A DNA stretch of 64,000 nt, from NCBI RefSeq assembly GCF_964355755.1, contig NC_092676.1:4689888-4753887 (forward strand). The letters run 5' to 3'. Each line of letters begins with the position of its first letter. Position 1 is the stretch's first letter. This DNA is from Antedon mediterranea. Its lineage: Eukaryota > Animalia > Echinodermata. A program made the translations under genes and the position numbers. Under the pieces are notes generated by a model. It was not told the DNA's origin. It saw only the letters and a program-made list of their open reading frames with translations, and did no database searches. Below are positions 10,435-22,899 of the stretch, piece by piece.

Positions 10435-13400
10435 TTAACATAACTGCCTGAAAGAGAAAACAATTATTATTATTTTTTGTTCCATTGCCCTTGTGACCGA
10501 TAGAAAACAATTCATTTATATATCAATATATTTCGCATGATTGACTGAGGCGATAGACATATCCTCTATCTTGATAACATTATTATATACATACCATTAC
10601 GGTCCACTTTCTGTTTTCGGCTTCGTCCCACACAAGCGACCTGTCGGAATAAAACACCTCGTCATCTACCTCCTCTGGCTTGCGTGGCAGGCAGTGCAAG
10701 AAACACCAATCTGAAGACGCCACCTCCGTCATCTGAATCGTGAAAAAAAATGTTTACAAATTTTAAGGACATTTGTGTAGTGGTTATCTTGCAGTAAATA
10801 ATGGTGTTTTGTCATTTTGTTTGTTGTAGCCTTCCATACCTCCTTGTAACTTTATAAACTTTAGCCAGTGTTTTAGACACATTCACCCTATGGCCTTCCA
10901 TACCTTCTTATAACTTTGATATAAACTCTATAGCCAGTGTTTTGGACACATTCACACTATGGCCTTCCATACCTCCTTATTACTTTGATAACCCTAGCCA
11001 GTGTCTTGTATACATTCACCCTATGGCCTTCCATACCTTCTTATTGACTTGATACCCCTCGAATGCTTTTAACCTGGCCAGTTTCTCTTCCTCTTGCCCC
11101 ATACTTATCCACGTATCTGTTACGATGACATTGGCATTCTCGCACGCTTCCATAGGATCAGTAGTAATGTGTAAATCAGTACCATGCTGAAACAGATAAA
11201 ATACAAATCAAATCATAGAATATCTTCATTCAGGGAGAAAATGGCTCTAGGAGTTTTATCAATGACAACTCTTGTAACATCACCACAGTTGCTGATTTTG
11301 CCATTACCCCCCCCCCCCTTATAACTGTATCTTTTATTAGAAAAATAAAAAAACAAAGTACCTCTTTTGTTATTTTTTTGCAGTCATCAATTACAAAAGA
11401 CTCCAAACCATAATCCTATAAAATAATAAATAACTTTTTGAATCAGTTATCATAATTCACATACCTTCCAAGTCCACTGCTACTTGCAGTATAGTCTTTT
11501 TGAATCGGTTATCATAGTTCACATACCTCCCAAGTTCACTGCTACTTGCAGTATAGTCTACTGCACTACCGTTGGCCCTACATTTTCTCCTGCAAGAACC
11601 GAATAATTGACAAAAATCCTCAAACTTGTTTTATTGCCCGAAAGCTCCGCTTATTTTTCTGGCTGTTTTACTTTATTGTTTTGATTTAGTTTTTTTTTGT
11701 ATCTCCAAAAACAATTTTTGTCATTATTTTATTTTGTATCTCCACCATTAAGATCCAGCCACTGATACCAACAGCATTGTCATTTTTTCAGTGCTTATTT
11801 TATTTGTATCTCCGTTAAGATCCAGCCACTGATACCCACAGCATTGCCTTTTTTCATTGCTTATTTTATTTTGTATCTCCATTGAGATCCAGCCACTGAT
11901 ACCCACAGCACTGTCATTTGTTCAGTGCTTATTTTATTTTGTATCTCCTATGAGATCCAGCCATTGATACCCACAGCACTGTCATTTTTTTCAGTGCTTA
12001 TTTTATTTTGCATCTCCTATGAGATCCAGCCACTGATACCCACAGCACTGTCATTTTTTCAGTACTTACTTTATTTTGCATCTCCTATGAGATCCAGCCA
12101 CTGATACCCACAGCACTGTCATTTTTTCAGTGCTTATTTTATTTTGCATCTCCTATGAGATCCAGCCACTGATACCCACAGCACTGTCATTTTTTTAGTG
12201 CTTATTTTATTTTGCATCTCCTATGAGATCCAGCCACTGATACCCACAGCACTGTCATTTTTTCAGTGCTTATTTTATTTTGTATCTCCTATGAGATCCA
12301 GCCACTGATACCCACAGCACTGTCATTTTTTCAGTGCTTATTTTATTTTGCATCTCCTATGAGATCCAGCCACTGATACCCACAGCACTGTCATTTTTTC
12401 AGTGCTTATTTTATTTTGTATCTCCTATGAGATCCAGCCACTGATACCCACAGCACTGTCATTTTTTCAGTGCTTATTTTATTTTGCATCTCCTATGAGA
12501 TCCAGCCACTGATACCAACAGCACTGTCATTTTTTCAGTGCTTATTTTATTTTGTATCTCCTATGAGATCCAGCCACTGATACCCACAGCACTGTCATTT
12601 TTTCAGTGCTTATTTTATTTTGTATCTCCTATGAGATCCAGCCACTGATACCCACAGCACTGTCATTTTTTCAGTGCTTATTTTATTTTGTATCTCCTAT
12701 GAGATCCAGCCACTGATACTCACAGCATTGTCATTTTTCAGTTAATTTTCCTTTGGATTCATTTTAAATTATTTAAAGCCATAAATGTACTGTTTCCCTT
12801 CAGACCCAATAAAGTGTCCTGGTAATGGGGGTTGCTTTAGTGTAAAAATATATTGTTTCTCGTTCCTTTCTTGGTAATGTGTCCTCCTATTAGGAGTGTC
12901 TTATTTTACTATACCTTTGGTGTTGCTATTTTCAAGTTTATACCAAATTTCGGTGCTGCCATCATAAGAGAATTGATAATATTATTTCCATCGCCAACCC
13001 AGGCTATCGTTAATCCTTTCAACGATCCATAATTCTCCTAATATAGAAATTATTTAGTTGGTCAAAAGTCATAATTGTTATTTGTGTATTATAGGTCAAT
13101 GAACTGTTTCACAATCTGGTTAATAGACATGCCACATGCTAAACCAGGATATCATTAAGCTCAATTTGATGATCTAATGAAAAAACCATTTCTACAGGGT
13201 AGTTGGATAAAAGTTAAAAAAATAAAATAATAGGAAAAACTATATTTAAAAATTCTGTTCAGGCCAGTAGCAGAAGGAGTATAACATACAGTATAGCACA
13301 TCATCTTTTATAATGCAATTTCCCTATTCCTGGCCAATACATATCCCTGCCCCTACCTGTAACGTCTGCAAGTCTGCTAGAGCTTGTAGGGGGTGGTAAA

Positions 13401-14862
13401 GTTCTGATAATGCATTGATAATTGGAATGCTAGCCTGCTCAGCAAATTCTTCCAAATCGGAATGATAATAAACTCTTCCAAGAAAAAAGTCTACAAATCT
13501 TGATATAACTCTACAAAAACAAAAGTTACCCCCTTGCTAAATTAATGAACATATATAATTTATGTTGCCTCCTTCTTCTGCCTTAAAATAAAGTTTTAAA
13601 ATCTTATCAATCTTTTGTATACATGTGCCAAATTTTACACTCCAGGTCATAAGCGCAATGTAAGTGATTTGACCAATCACAAGTGATGGATTATCTGAAC
13701 TGTCACTTGTGATTGGTCAACTCGCTTGTTCTGTCTCTAGTACTTACTTAGCTGAATCGTACATAGATTCATTAACTCCTAAATGAACATCATTGTCTGT
13801 TAAAAATAATGGATGTCCACCCAGTATTGAAAAGCCTGTAAAATAGATTATAAACTGTGAATACAATATGAATAATTTCAATCACTATTATTGAGCACTG
13901 TCGATCTTGCATAAATTCATACTATTGGCAAGGTACATCTAATTCCTTGTTTTCTATTGGCACTAATACTAAATAGACCATGCTCTTGAATTCTCTTTAA
14001 GCACAGGGAACTAGGCACACAGTCGACTGTGCCAATAGAAAACATCAAATTTGCATGCAGTCAACCGTGCCAATTGAATTTATTAATAAACTCTACATAT
14101 ACAAATAAGTAGAAATATAGTTAGGGTTTGTACATAAATGTTATTTAATTTTAAATGCACCATCCACACATTGTATTCCAAAAAAGTGGAATTTCTATTT
14201 ATTTCTATAAACTTAACCTATGAAGTTTGCACTTAAATTAAATGGAGAAAGAAGAAGATTGGGGCCTATAAAATATAGAATTGAAGTGATATATGGGCCT
14301 TGACCTGCTTCAGAAGACATTCTGGTTCGAGTGCTTCTCTTCTGAAAGTAAAGAGCACCAGTCTTTCCTGCTAGTGGTTTGTATTTCTCTTCAGCAGTTT
14401 TTATTCTAGTTTTGAGATCTGCTGCAACCCAAAGTAGATGCTCAACTTCTCTTTTGTTGTAATCTTTTAGAGTTAAAAAATGTCTTCCCACAAATGATGG
14501 CTGTTTTGGTTCGGTTCTGAAAGTTAACCAAAAAAAGTGAACAAATTTACATACTACGGATATAATTAAATAGGGATAATGAACATAGGCAGGACGAACC
14601 GACTTCTCTAGTAGTTGTTTGTCACATCTGTCAGCCCACTACTACTACTAGACTACTCTATCTAATGAATTACCAGAGCCTGGGATTTGGCCTAGGCCTA
14701 GCCTGTTTTTAACGACTACAAATATATTAGATTGTCACAAATTGACTTATAAACATCAACATACTGGCCTACTACATTTCCATGCGTAGCATATGCCAGA
14801 CACCCTGTAGGTGTTCTGATTTTCTGAGTAAGAAGTCGACGAAGACTCGAAATAGCTGCCAT
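10388..14862 (-). CDS. OTC: Ornithine carbamoyltransferase, mitochondrial precursor, 9 exons
   Basis: Exons (minus): 14862-14765, 14516-14305, 13835-13748, 13510-13357, 13037-12915, 11415-11362, 11186-11037, 10732-10595, 10447-10388 (TAA). Motifs [39 protein letters not shown]. Arg/Ser/Leu-rich N-terminus [11 protein letters not shown] looks like a transit peptide. The exon 1 donor is the least certain boundary. Confidence 0.96.
10828..11082. repeat. ~65-70-bp tandem repeat that reiterates the OTC exon 7 donor region
   Basis: GCCTTCCATACCT(C/T)CTT occurs four times (~10829, 10893, 10962, 11026), each followed by ..AGCCAGTG..CACATTCAC. Confidence 0.85.
11434..11558. repeat. 62-bp tandem duplication in OTC intron 5
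   Basis: CTTTTTGAATC.GTTATCATA.TTCACATACCT.CCAAGT.CACTGCTACTTGCAGTATAGT occurs twice. Confidence 0.9.
11634..12763 (+). repeat. 68-bp minisatellite (~15 units) expanded inside a truncated hammerhead-bearing retroelement remnant
   Basis: Unit GAGATCCAGCCACTGATACCCACAGCACTGTCATTTTTTCAGTGCTTATTTTATTTTGTATCTCCTAT. Left flank TGCCCGAAAGCTC..TTCTGGCTGTTTTACTTTAT and right flank CCTTTGGATT align with 18259-18390. Confidence 0.9.
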
Positions 14863-15257
14863 ATTTCGTCAAATACCAAAACAAAAATTAATTGAACATG
14901 TGTGTACCACTACTACTGTGTGCAGGTATATAAAATATACCAAATTGGCTAGTTGAGAATTCTCAACTATTACCGCAGTACGCCTGTAACGACGAAGCCT
15001 ACCGGTATAATGGGATAGGCTGATTTCCTTGTTAACTTAAGGGGTCATTTAATTACTGAATTATGATTGGTAGTAAAGGAAATTTACTGGAATCCTATTG
15101 GATGGTAAGGTGGTAGTAGGACCATGTCCATCCCATTGCAGTAATAAAGTTGAGCCACCTGCGACCATTACAATGCCCTACCATGCTAATGTAGGAGTGG
15201 GGAAATGTTATGCTTACTACTGTTTCTTTTAATAATTTAGTACAATTAATAAGAATA

Positions 15258-17277
15258 AAGAATACACTTAACAATATACAACAAATAACATTAATGTACG
15301 ATGTAGTTTAACACTGTTCTCAACTAAAGTCATTTTGGTATACTTGAGCACATTGATAAAGAATAGGATAAACTTAACAATATACAACAAATAACATTAA
15401 TGTACGATCCCGTTTAACACTGTTCTCAACTATAGTCATTTTGGTATACTTGAGCACAGTGATAAAGAATAGGATAAACTTAACAATATACAACAACAAT
15501 GTACGATCCCGTTTAACACTGTTCTCAACTATAGTCATTTTGGTATACTTGAGCACAGTGATAGAATAGGATAAACTTAACAATATACAACAAAAGACAT
15601 TAATGTACGATCCAGTTTAACACTGTTCTCAACTATAGTCATTTTGGTATACTTGAGAACAGTTATAAAGAATAGGATAAACTTAACAATATACAACAAA
15701 AAACATTAATGTACGATCCCGTTTAACACTGTTCTCAACTATAGTCATTTTGGTATACTTGAGCACAGTGATAAAGAATAGGATAAACTTAGCAATATAC
15801 AACAAAAAACATTAATGTACGATCCAGTTTAACACTGTTCTCAACTATAGTCATTTTGGTATACTTGAGAACAGTGATAAAGAATAGGATAAACTTAACA
15901 ATATACAACAAAAAACATTAATGTACGATCCCGTTTAACACTGTTCTCAACTATAGTCATTTTGGTATACTTGAGCACAGTGATAAAGAATAGGATAAAC
16001 TTAATAATATACAACAAATAACATTAATGTACGATCCAGTTTACCACTGTTCTCAACTATAGTCATTTTGGTATACTTGAGCACAGTGATAAAGAATAGG
16101 ATAAACTTAAAAATATACAACAAAAAACATTAATGTACGATCCAGTTTAACACTGTTCTCAACTATAGTCATTTTGGTATACTTGAGCACAGTGATAAAG
16201 AATAGGATAAACTTAAAAATATACAACAAAAAACATTAATGTACGATCCAGTTTAACACTGTTCTCAACTATAGTTATTTTGGTATACTTGAGAACAGTG
16301 ATAAAGAATAGGATAAACTTAACAATATACAACAAAAAACATTAATGTACGATCCAGTTTAACACTGTTCTCAACTATAGTTATTTTGGTATACTTGAGA
16401 ACAGTGATAGAATAGGATAAACTTAACAATATACAACAAAAGACATTAATGTACGATCCAGTTTAACACTGTTCTCAACTATAGTCATTTTGGTATACTT
16501 GAGAACAGTTATAAAGAATAGGATAAACTTAACAATATACAACAAAAAACATTAATGTACGATCCCGTTTAACACTGTTCTCAACTATAGTCATTTTGGT
16601 ATACTTGAGCACAGTGATAAAGAATAGGATAAACTTAATAATATACAACAAATAACATTAATGTACGATCCAGTTTACCACTGTTCTCAACTATAGTCAT
16701 TTTGGTATACTTGAGCACAGTGATAAAGAATAGGATAAACTTAAAAATATACAACAAAAAACATTAATGTACGATCCAGTTTAACACTGTTCGCAACTAT
16801 AGTCATTTTGGTATACTTGAGCACAGTGATAAAGAATAGGATAAACTTAAAAATATACAACAAAAAACATTAATGTACGATCCAGTTTAACACTGTTCTC
16901 AACTATAGTTATTTTGGTATACTTGAGAACAGTGATAAAGAATAGGATAAACTTAACAATATACAACAAAAAACATTAATGTACGATCCCGTTTAACACT
17001 GTTCTCAACTATAGTCATTTTGGTATACTTGAGCACAGTGATAAAGAATAGGATAAACTTAATAATATACAACAAATAACATTAATGTACGATCCCGTTT
17101 ACCACTGTTCTCAACTATAGTCATTTTGGTATACTTGAGCACAGTGATAAAGAATAGGATAAACTTAACAATATACAACAAAAAACATTAATGTACGATC
17201 CCGTTTACCACTGTTCTCAACTATAGTCATTTTGGTATACTTGAGCACAATATACAACAAATAACATTAATGTACAC
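15258..17277 (+). repeat. 106-bp satellite array 1 (~19 units)
   Basis: Unit AACTTAACAATATACAACAAAAAACATTAATGTACGATCC(C/A)GTTTAACACTGTTCTCAACTATAGTCATTTTGGTATACTTGAG(C/A)ACAGTGATAAAGAATAGGATA. Period read from GTACGATC at 15711, 15817 and 15923. Confidence 0.97.
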
Positions 17278-17860
17278 CATTAAATAATGAAATAAAAAAT
17301 TCCTCATTTCTTGTTGAGTTTAAAAAATTGCTACTGAAATCCAATTTGTTTGAAACAAAAAAACGTTCTTATTATGATACAGGTGATAAGAAGATTAACC
17401 AAATTCACACTAGAATCCGACTTGGTTTCAGCTGTCTCAATTCGCATTTATTCTTACATGGACTTCGGGACAATCCAAATTGTACTTGTGGCTTTAATGT
17501 TGAGAATCCGCTTCATTTCTTATGTTACTGCCCTAATTATAATACACAAAGAGATATTCTACTTGTAAGCGCTAACTCAATTATTGAGGATATCTTAGCC
17601 AAGGATTTTTCTTTAACATTTAATTTTACATTTTTAAGTGAAATTTTTATTTTTGGTTCCGATCTTCTTTCGAATTGTGAAAATGCTTTATTATTTTATT
17701 ATGTACAACAATTTCTTTCAACGATTTAATTGATGTTTCTGTTAGTTGTTTTAAAATGTTGTATTTGTTAATCTGAGGCGCCTTGAAGCTAAGATGGTTC
17801 CATCTTGTAAGGCGCCTCTGTGTAATATACTGAATAAAAAAAAAAAAAAAAAAAAAAAAA
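17278..17860 (+). mobile_element. 5'-truncated LINE: C-terminal zinc-knuckle region, 3' UTR and poly(A)
   Basis: ORF 17328-17729 has HTRIRLGFSCLNSHLF..NPNCTCGFNVENPLHFLCYCPNYNTQR (CxC..E..H....C knuckle of LINE ORF2). AATAAA runs into a ~25-nt A tract ending at 17860. Confidence 0.88.
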
Positions 17861-18650
17861 GTTGTACACTATTGATCATATATGAATATGACGTGAATTG
17901 CACGTACATATGTTGATGAGTAGGCCTATATTGATATAATTGACTTCGAAAAGTGAAATAACACTGATTTGTAAATGAATATGACGTGGACAAGTACATT
18001 TATTGATGAGTATATTGATAAATCGACTTTTAAAAGTGAAATAACACTTATATTTATAGATGAATATGACGTGGACACGTACATATGTTGATGAGTATAT
18101 TGATATAAATCGACTTTTAAAAGAGGAATTAACACTATTGATTGTTGACGTGAATTGCACGTACATATGTTGATGAGTGTATTGATATAAATCGACTAAA
18201 CGTTAAATAACACTATCTTGTACAAGTACCCTCACTTGCACTGATGAAGGGCTAGTGTTGCCCGAAAACTCTGCTAACTTTTCTGGCTGTTTTACTTTAT
18301 CGTTTTGATTTAGCTTTTCGCTTCTTTTTTTGTATCTCCATGGAGACCACAGCATTATTATTATTTCAGTATTTTGCCTTTGGATTTACTAATATTAAAA
18401 GTGAAATAACACTAATGACTGTAGATGATATGACATTTATGTTGATGTATATAGTTTTGTATATATAATATGCACACGTACATACGTTGATAGGTATTGA
18501 TATAAATAGATTTTTAAAAGTACGGTAATAGACACTTTATTTGTAGATGAATACGACATGGACAAGTTGCAATAAATTCTATCGTTATATCGTATGTTGA
18601 TGAGTATTGATATAAATCGACTTTTTTGAAGTAGAATAACACTAAAATGT
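17861..18650 (-). repeat. ~87-bp AT-rich tandem repeat in arm A (partly deleted, interrupted at 18216-18390)
   Basis: Reverse complement of the array at 22900-24160. Confidence 0.85.
18238..18274 (+). ncRNA. Minimal hammerhead ribozyme motif in a ~175-bp PLE-like/retrozyme-like insert (18216-18390)
   Basis: GCA-CTGATGA-A-GGGC(TAGTGTT)GCCC-GAAA-ACTC-TGC. The related copy at 11636 reads GCCCGAAAGCTC, so stem III here may carry a G>A change. Confidence 0.6.
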
Positions 18651-18883
18651 ATAGATGGATATGGCCTCAACAAGTATTGTATTAAGCGGTACTGTATATT
18701 GATAGACTTCATACCTGTAATGTCAATGAAATCTGGCAACAAGAATTGTGTTTGATCCTCCTAATAGTATTCTAATAATCTTGGTTTGTAAAGGAGGCAT
18801 GAAAAATCTAAACGCATAGCCAGGGGAGGGGTTGGAGTTTCGAACAAACTTCCCTGTGCCCGTCCTACGGTTTTTGTGAACTT

Positions 18884-18997
18884 TTTAGTAGCGTGCAAAC
18901 GCGACTCTACAGCTCACTATGTCGATCGGTCGGTCGGTAAACACCAACTCAAATTTGAGCACGCGACTGCAGCCATGTATAGGCCTATGGCCTGTTT
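18884..18997 (+). mobile_element. Helentron-associated short element (HINE/DINE-like)
   Basis: Sub-terminal inverted repeats AGT(A/C)GCGTGC / GCACGCGACT, (GTCG)n core, 3' hairpin GCCAT..ATGGC, T-rich flanks. Mirror copy at 22550-22665. Confidence 0.65.
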
Positions 18998-19089
18998 ATA
19001 CTAGAAATCAGCAGTGAAAGTATATGTAAATAATATGTGTTAATATAGAATTAGTTTTTTTATTTTTTAATTTAATAAATAGTATTAAA

Positions 19090-20142
19090 GTTGATCTTAT
19101 TCTTTATCTGTGATTAATTATACTCAAATGACTATAGTTTAAAACAGTATTAAACGGCATCTTACATTAATGTTATTTGCTGTTTATTCGAAGTTTATCC
19201 TATTCTTTATCACTGTGCTCAAATATACCAAAATGACTATAGTTGAGAACAGTGTTAAACTGGATCGTACATTAATGTTATTTGTTGTATATTGTTAAGT
19301 TTATCCTATTCTTTATCACTGTGCTCAAGTATACCAAAATGACTATAGTCGAGAACAGTGTTCAACGGGATCGTACATTAATGTTTTTTGTTGTATATTT
19401 TTAAGTTTATCCTATTCTTTATCACTGTTCTCAAGTATACCAAAATGACTATAGTTGAGAACAGTGGTAAACTGGATCGTACATTAATGTTATTTGTTGT
19501 ATATTATTAAGTTTATCCTATTCTTTATCACTGTGCTCAAGTATACCAAAATGACTATAGTTGAGAACAGTGGTAAACTGGATCGTACATTAATGCTATT
19601 TGTTGTATATTATTAAGTTTATCCTATTCTTTATCACTGTGCTCAAGTAGGCCTATACCAAAATGACTATAGTTGAGAACAGTGTTAAACGGGATCGTAC
19701 ATTAATGTTATATGTTGTATATAGTTAAGTTTATCCTATTCTTTATCACTGTGCTCAAGTATACCAAAATGACTATAGTTGAGAACAGTGTTAAACTACA
19801 TCGTACATTAATGTTATTTGTTGTATATTGTTAAGTTTATCCTATTCTTTATCACTGTGCTCAAGTATACCAAAATGACTATAGTTGAGAACAGTGTTAA
19901 ACGGGATCATACATTAATGTTATTTGTTGTATAATGTTAAGTTTATCCTATTCTTTATCACTGTTCTCAAGTATACCAAAATGACTATAGTTGAGAACAG
20001 TGTTAAACTGGATCGTACATTAATGTTATTTGTTGTATATTGTTAAGTTTATCCTATTCTTTATCACTGTGCTCAAGTATACCAAAATGACTATAGTTAA
20101 TTGAGAACAGTGTTAAACGGGATCGTACATTAATTTTATCCT
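19090..20142 (-). repeat. 106-bp satellite array 2 (~10 units, inverted)
   Basis: Reverse complement of the array 1 unit. Confidence 0.95.
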
Positions 20143-20887
20143 TTGCTTTACTGTGCTTTGATTTGATAAGCAAGTTTGGTTGCCCCGCCCCCATATGCTG
20201 CCTCTGCTAAATTAGGATTCCCTAGCTTTTCTATAAAAATTGAAGTACCCACAATGCACGTTATACGGAAGTCATAGTCTTGTAAAATACAGACACAATA
20301 GTTTTTATCGTATTGTTTTCATTTAAATATCACTAAGATTGTCTTAAACTACAAACAACTAAAATTAGTGAAGGTATGCAAGTGTTTCTAAATATTTATT
20401 ACTGGTAGTATTAATACAGTTTGGATTATATCATTTTCCAGAAAGATAGAAAAAAACATAAAATAGTTGAGAATTCTCAACTAGCCAGGATGGTATAGGA
20501 AATATAGCTCCTGTGTGGTGGGAGCTATATTTCCTATACCATCCTGGCTAGTTGAGAATTCTCAACTATTTTATGTTTTTTTCTACCTTTCTGGAAAATG
20601 ATATAATCCAAATTGTATTAATTCTACCAGTAATAAATATTTAGAAACACTTGCATACCTTCACTAATTTTAGTTGTTTGTAGTTTAAGACAATCTTAGT
20701 GATATTTAAATGAAAACAATACGATAAAAACTATTGTGTCTGTATTTTACAAGACTATGACTTCCGTATAACGTGCATTGTGGGTACTTCAATTTTTATA
20801 GAAAAGCTAGGGAATCCTAATTTAGTAGGCAGCATATGGGGGCGGGGCAATCAAACTTGCTTATCAAATCAAAGCACAGTAAAGCAA

Positions 20888-22470
20888 AGGATAAAATTAA
20901 TGTACAATCCCGTTTAACACTGTTCTCAACTATAGTCATTTTGGTATACTTGAGCACAGTGATAAAGAATAGGATAAACTTAACAATATACAACAAAAAA
21001 CATTAATGTACGATCCAGTTTAACACTGTTCTCAACTATAGTCATTTTGGTATACTTGAGAACAGTGATAAAGAATAGGATAAACTTAACATTATACAAC
21101 AAATAACATTAATGTATGATCCCGTTTAACACTGTTCTCAACTATAGTCATTTTGGTATACTTGAGCACAGTGATAAAGAATAGGATAAACTTAACAATA
21201 TACAACAAATAACATTAATGTACGATGTAGTTTAACACTGTTCTCAACTATAGTCATTTTGGTATACTTGAGCACAGTGATAAAGAATAGGATAAACTTA
21301 ACAATATACAACAAAAAACATTAATGTACGATCCCGTTTAACACTGTTCTCAACTATAGTCATTTTGGTATACTTGAGCACAGTGATAAAGAATAGGATA
21401 AACTTAATAATATACAACAAATAGCATTAATGTACGATCCAGTTTAACACTGTTCTCAACTATAGTCATTTTGGTATACTTGAGCACAGTGATAAAGAAT
21501 AGGATAAACTTAATAATATACAACAAATAACATTAATGTACGATCCAGTTTAACATTGTTCTCAACTATAGTCATTTTGGTATACTTAAGCACAGTGATA
21601 AAGAATAGGATAAACTTAATAATATACAACAAATAGCATTAAGGTATGATCCCGTTTAACACTGTTCTCGACTATAGTCATTTTGGTATACTTGAGCACA
21701 GTGATAAAGAATAGGATAAACTTAATAATATACAACAAATAGCATTAATGTACGATCCTGTTTAACACTGTTCTCGACTATAGTCATTTTGGTATACTTG
21801 AGCACAGTGATAAAGAATAGGATAAACTTAACAATATACAACAAAAAACATTAATGTATGATCCAGTTTAACACTGTTCTCAACTATAGTCATTTTGGTA
21901 TACTTGAGCACAGTGATAAAGAACAGGATAAACTTAACAATATACAACAAAAAACATTAATGTACGATCCCGTTTAACACTGTTCTCAACTATAGTCATT
22001 TTGGTATACTTAAGCACAGTGATAAAGAATAGGATAAACTTAATAATATACAACAAATAGCATTAATGTACGATCCAGTTTAACACGGTTCTCAACTATA
22101 GTCATTTTGGTATACTTGAGAACAGTGATAAAGAATAGGATAAACCTAACAATATACAACAAAAAACATTAATGTACGATCCAGTTTAACACTGTTCTCA
22201 ACTATAGTCATTTTGGTATACTTGAGCACAGTGATAAAGAATAGGATAAACTTAACAATATACAACAAATAACATTAATGTACGATCCAGTTTAACACTG
22301 TTCTCAACTATAGTCATTTTGGTATATTTGAGCACAGTGATAAAGAATAGGATAAACTTCGAATAAACAGCAAATAACATGAATGTAAGATGCCGTTTAG
22401 GCCTAATACTGTTTTAAGCTATAGTCAGTTGAGTATAATTAATCACAGATAAAGAATAAGATCAACTTTA
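20888..22470 (+). repeat. 106-bp satellite array 3 (~15 units)
   Basis: Same unit and orientation as array 1. Mirror of array 2, with more units. Confidence 0.95.
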
Positions 22471-22899
22471 ATACTATTTATTAAATTAAAAAAACTAATT
22501 CTATATTAACACATATTATTTACATATACTTTCACTGCTGATTTCTAGTATAAACAGGCCATAGGCCTATATATGGCTGCAGTCGCGTGCTCAAATTTGA
22601 GTTGGTGTTTACCGACCAACCGATCGACATAGTGAGCTGTAGAGTCGCGTTTGCACGCTACTAAAAAGTTCACAAAAACCGTAGGACGGGCACAGGGAAG
22701 TTTGTTCGAAACTCCAACCCCTCCCCTGGCTATGTGTTTAGATTTTTCATGCCTCCTTTACAAACCAAGATTATTAGAATACTATTAGGAGGATCAAACA
22801 CAATTCTTGTTGCCAGATTTCATTGACATTACAGGTATGAAGTCTATCAATATACAGTACCGCTTAATACAATACTTGTTGAGGCCATATCCATCTATA

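Larger units (their letters stand above)
14923..20513 (+). mobile_element. Non-autonomous foldback-type DNA transposon, copy A (left arm of the palindrome)
   Basis: Imperfect TIRs CAGGTATATAAAATATACCAAATTGGCTAGTTGAGAATTCTCAACTATT and (reverse complement) CAGGAGCTATATTTCCTATACCATCCTGGCTAGTTGAGAATTCTCAACTATT. Flanked by TGTG on both sides. Contains two oppositely oriented 106-bp arrays and no transposase ORF. Confidence 0.8.
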
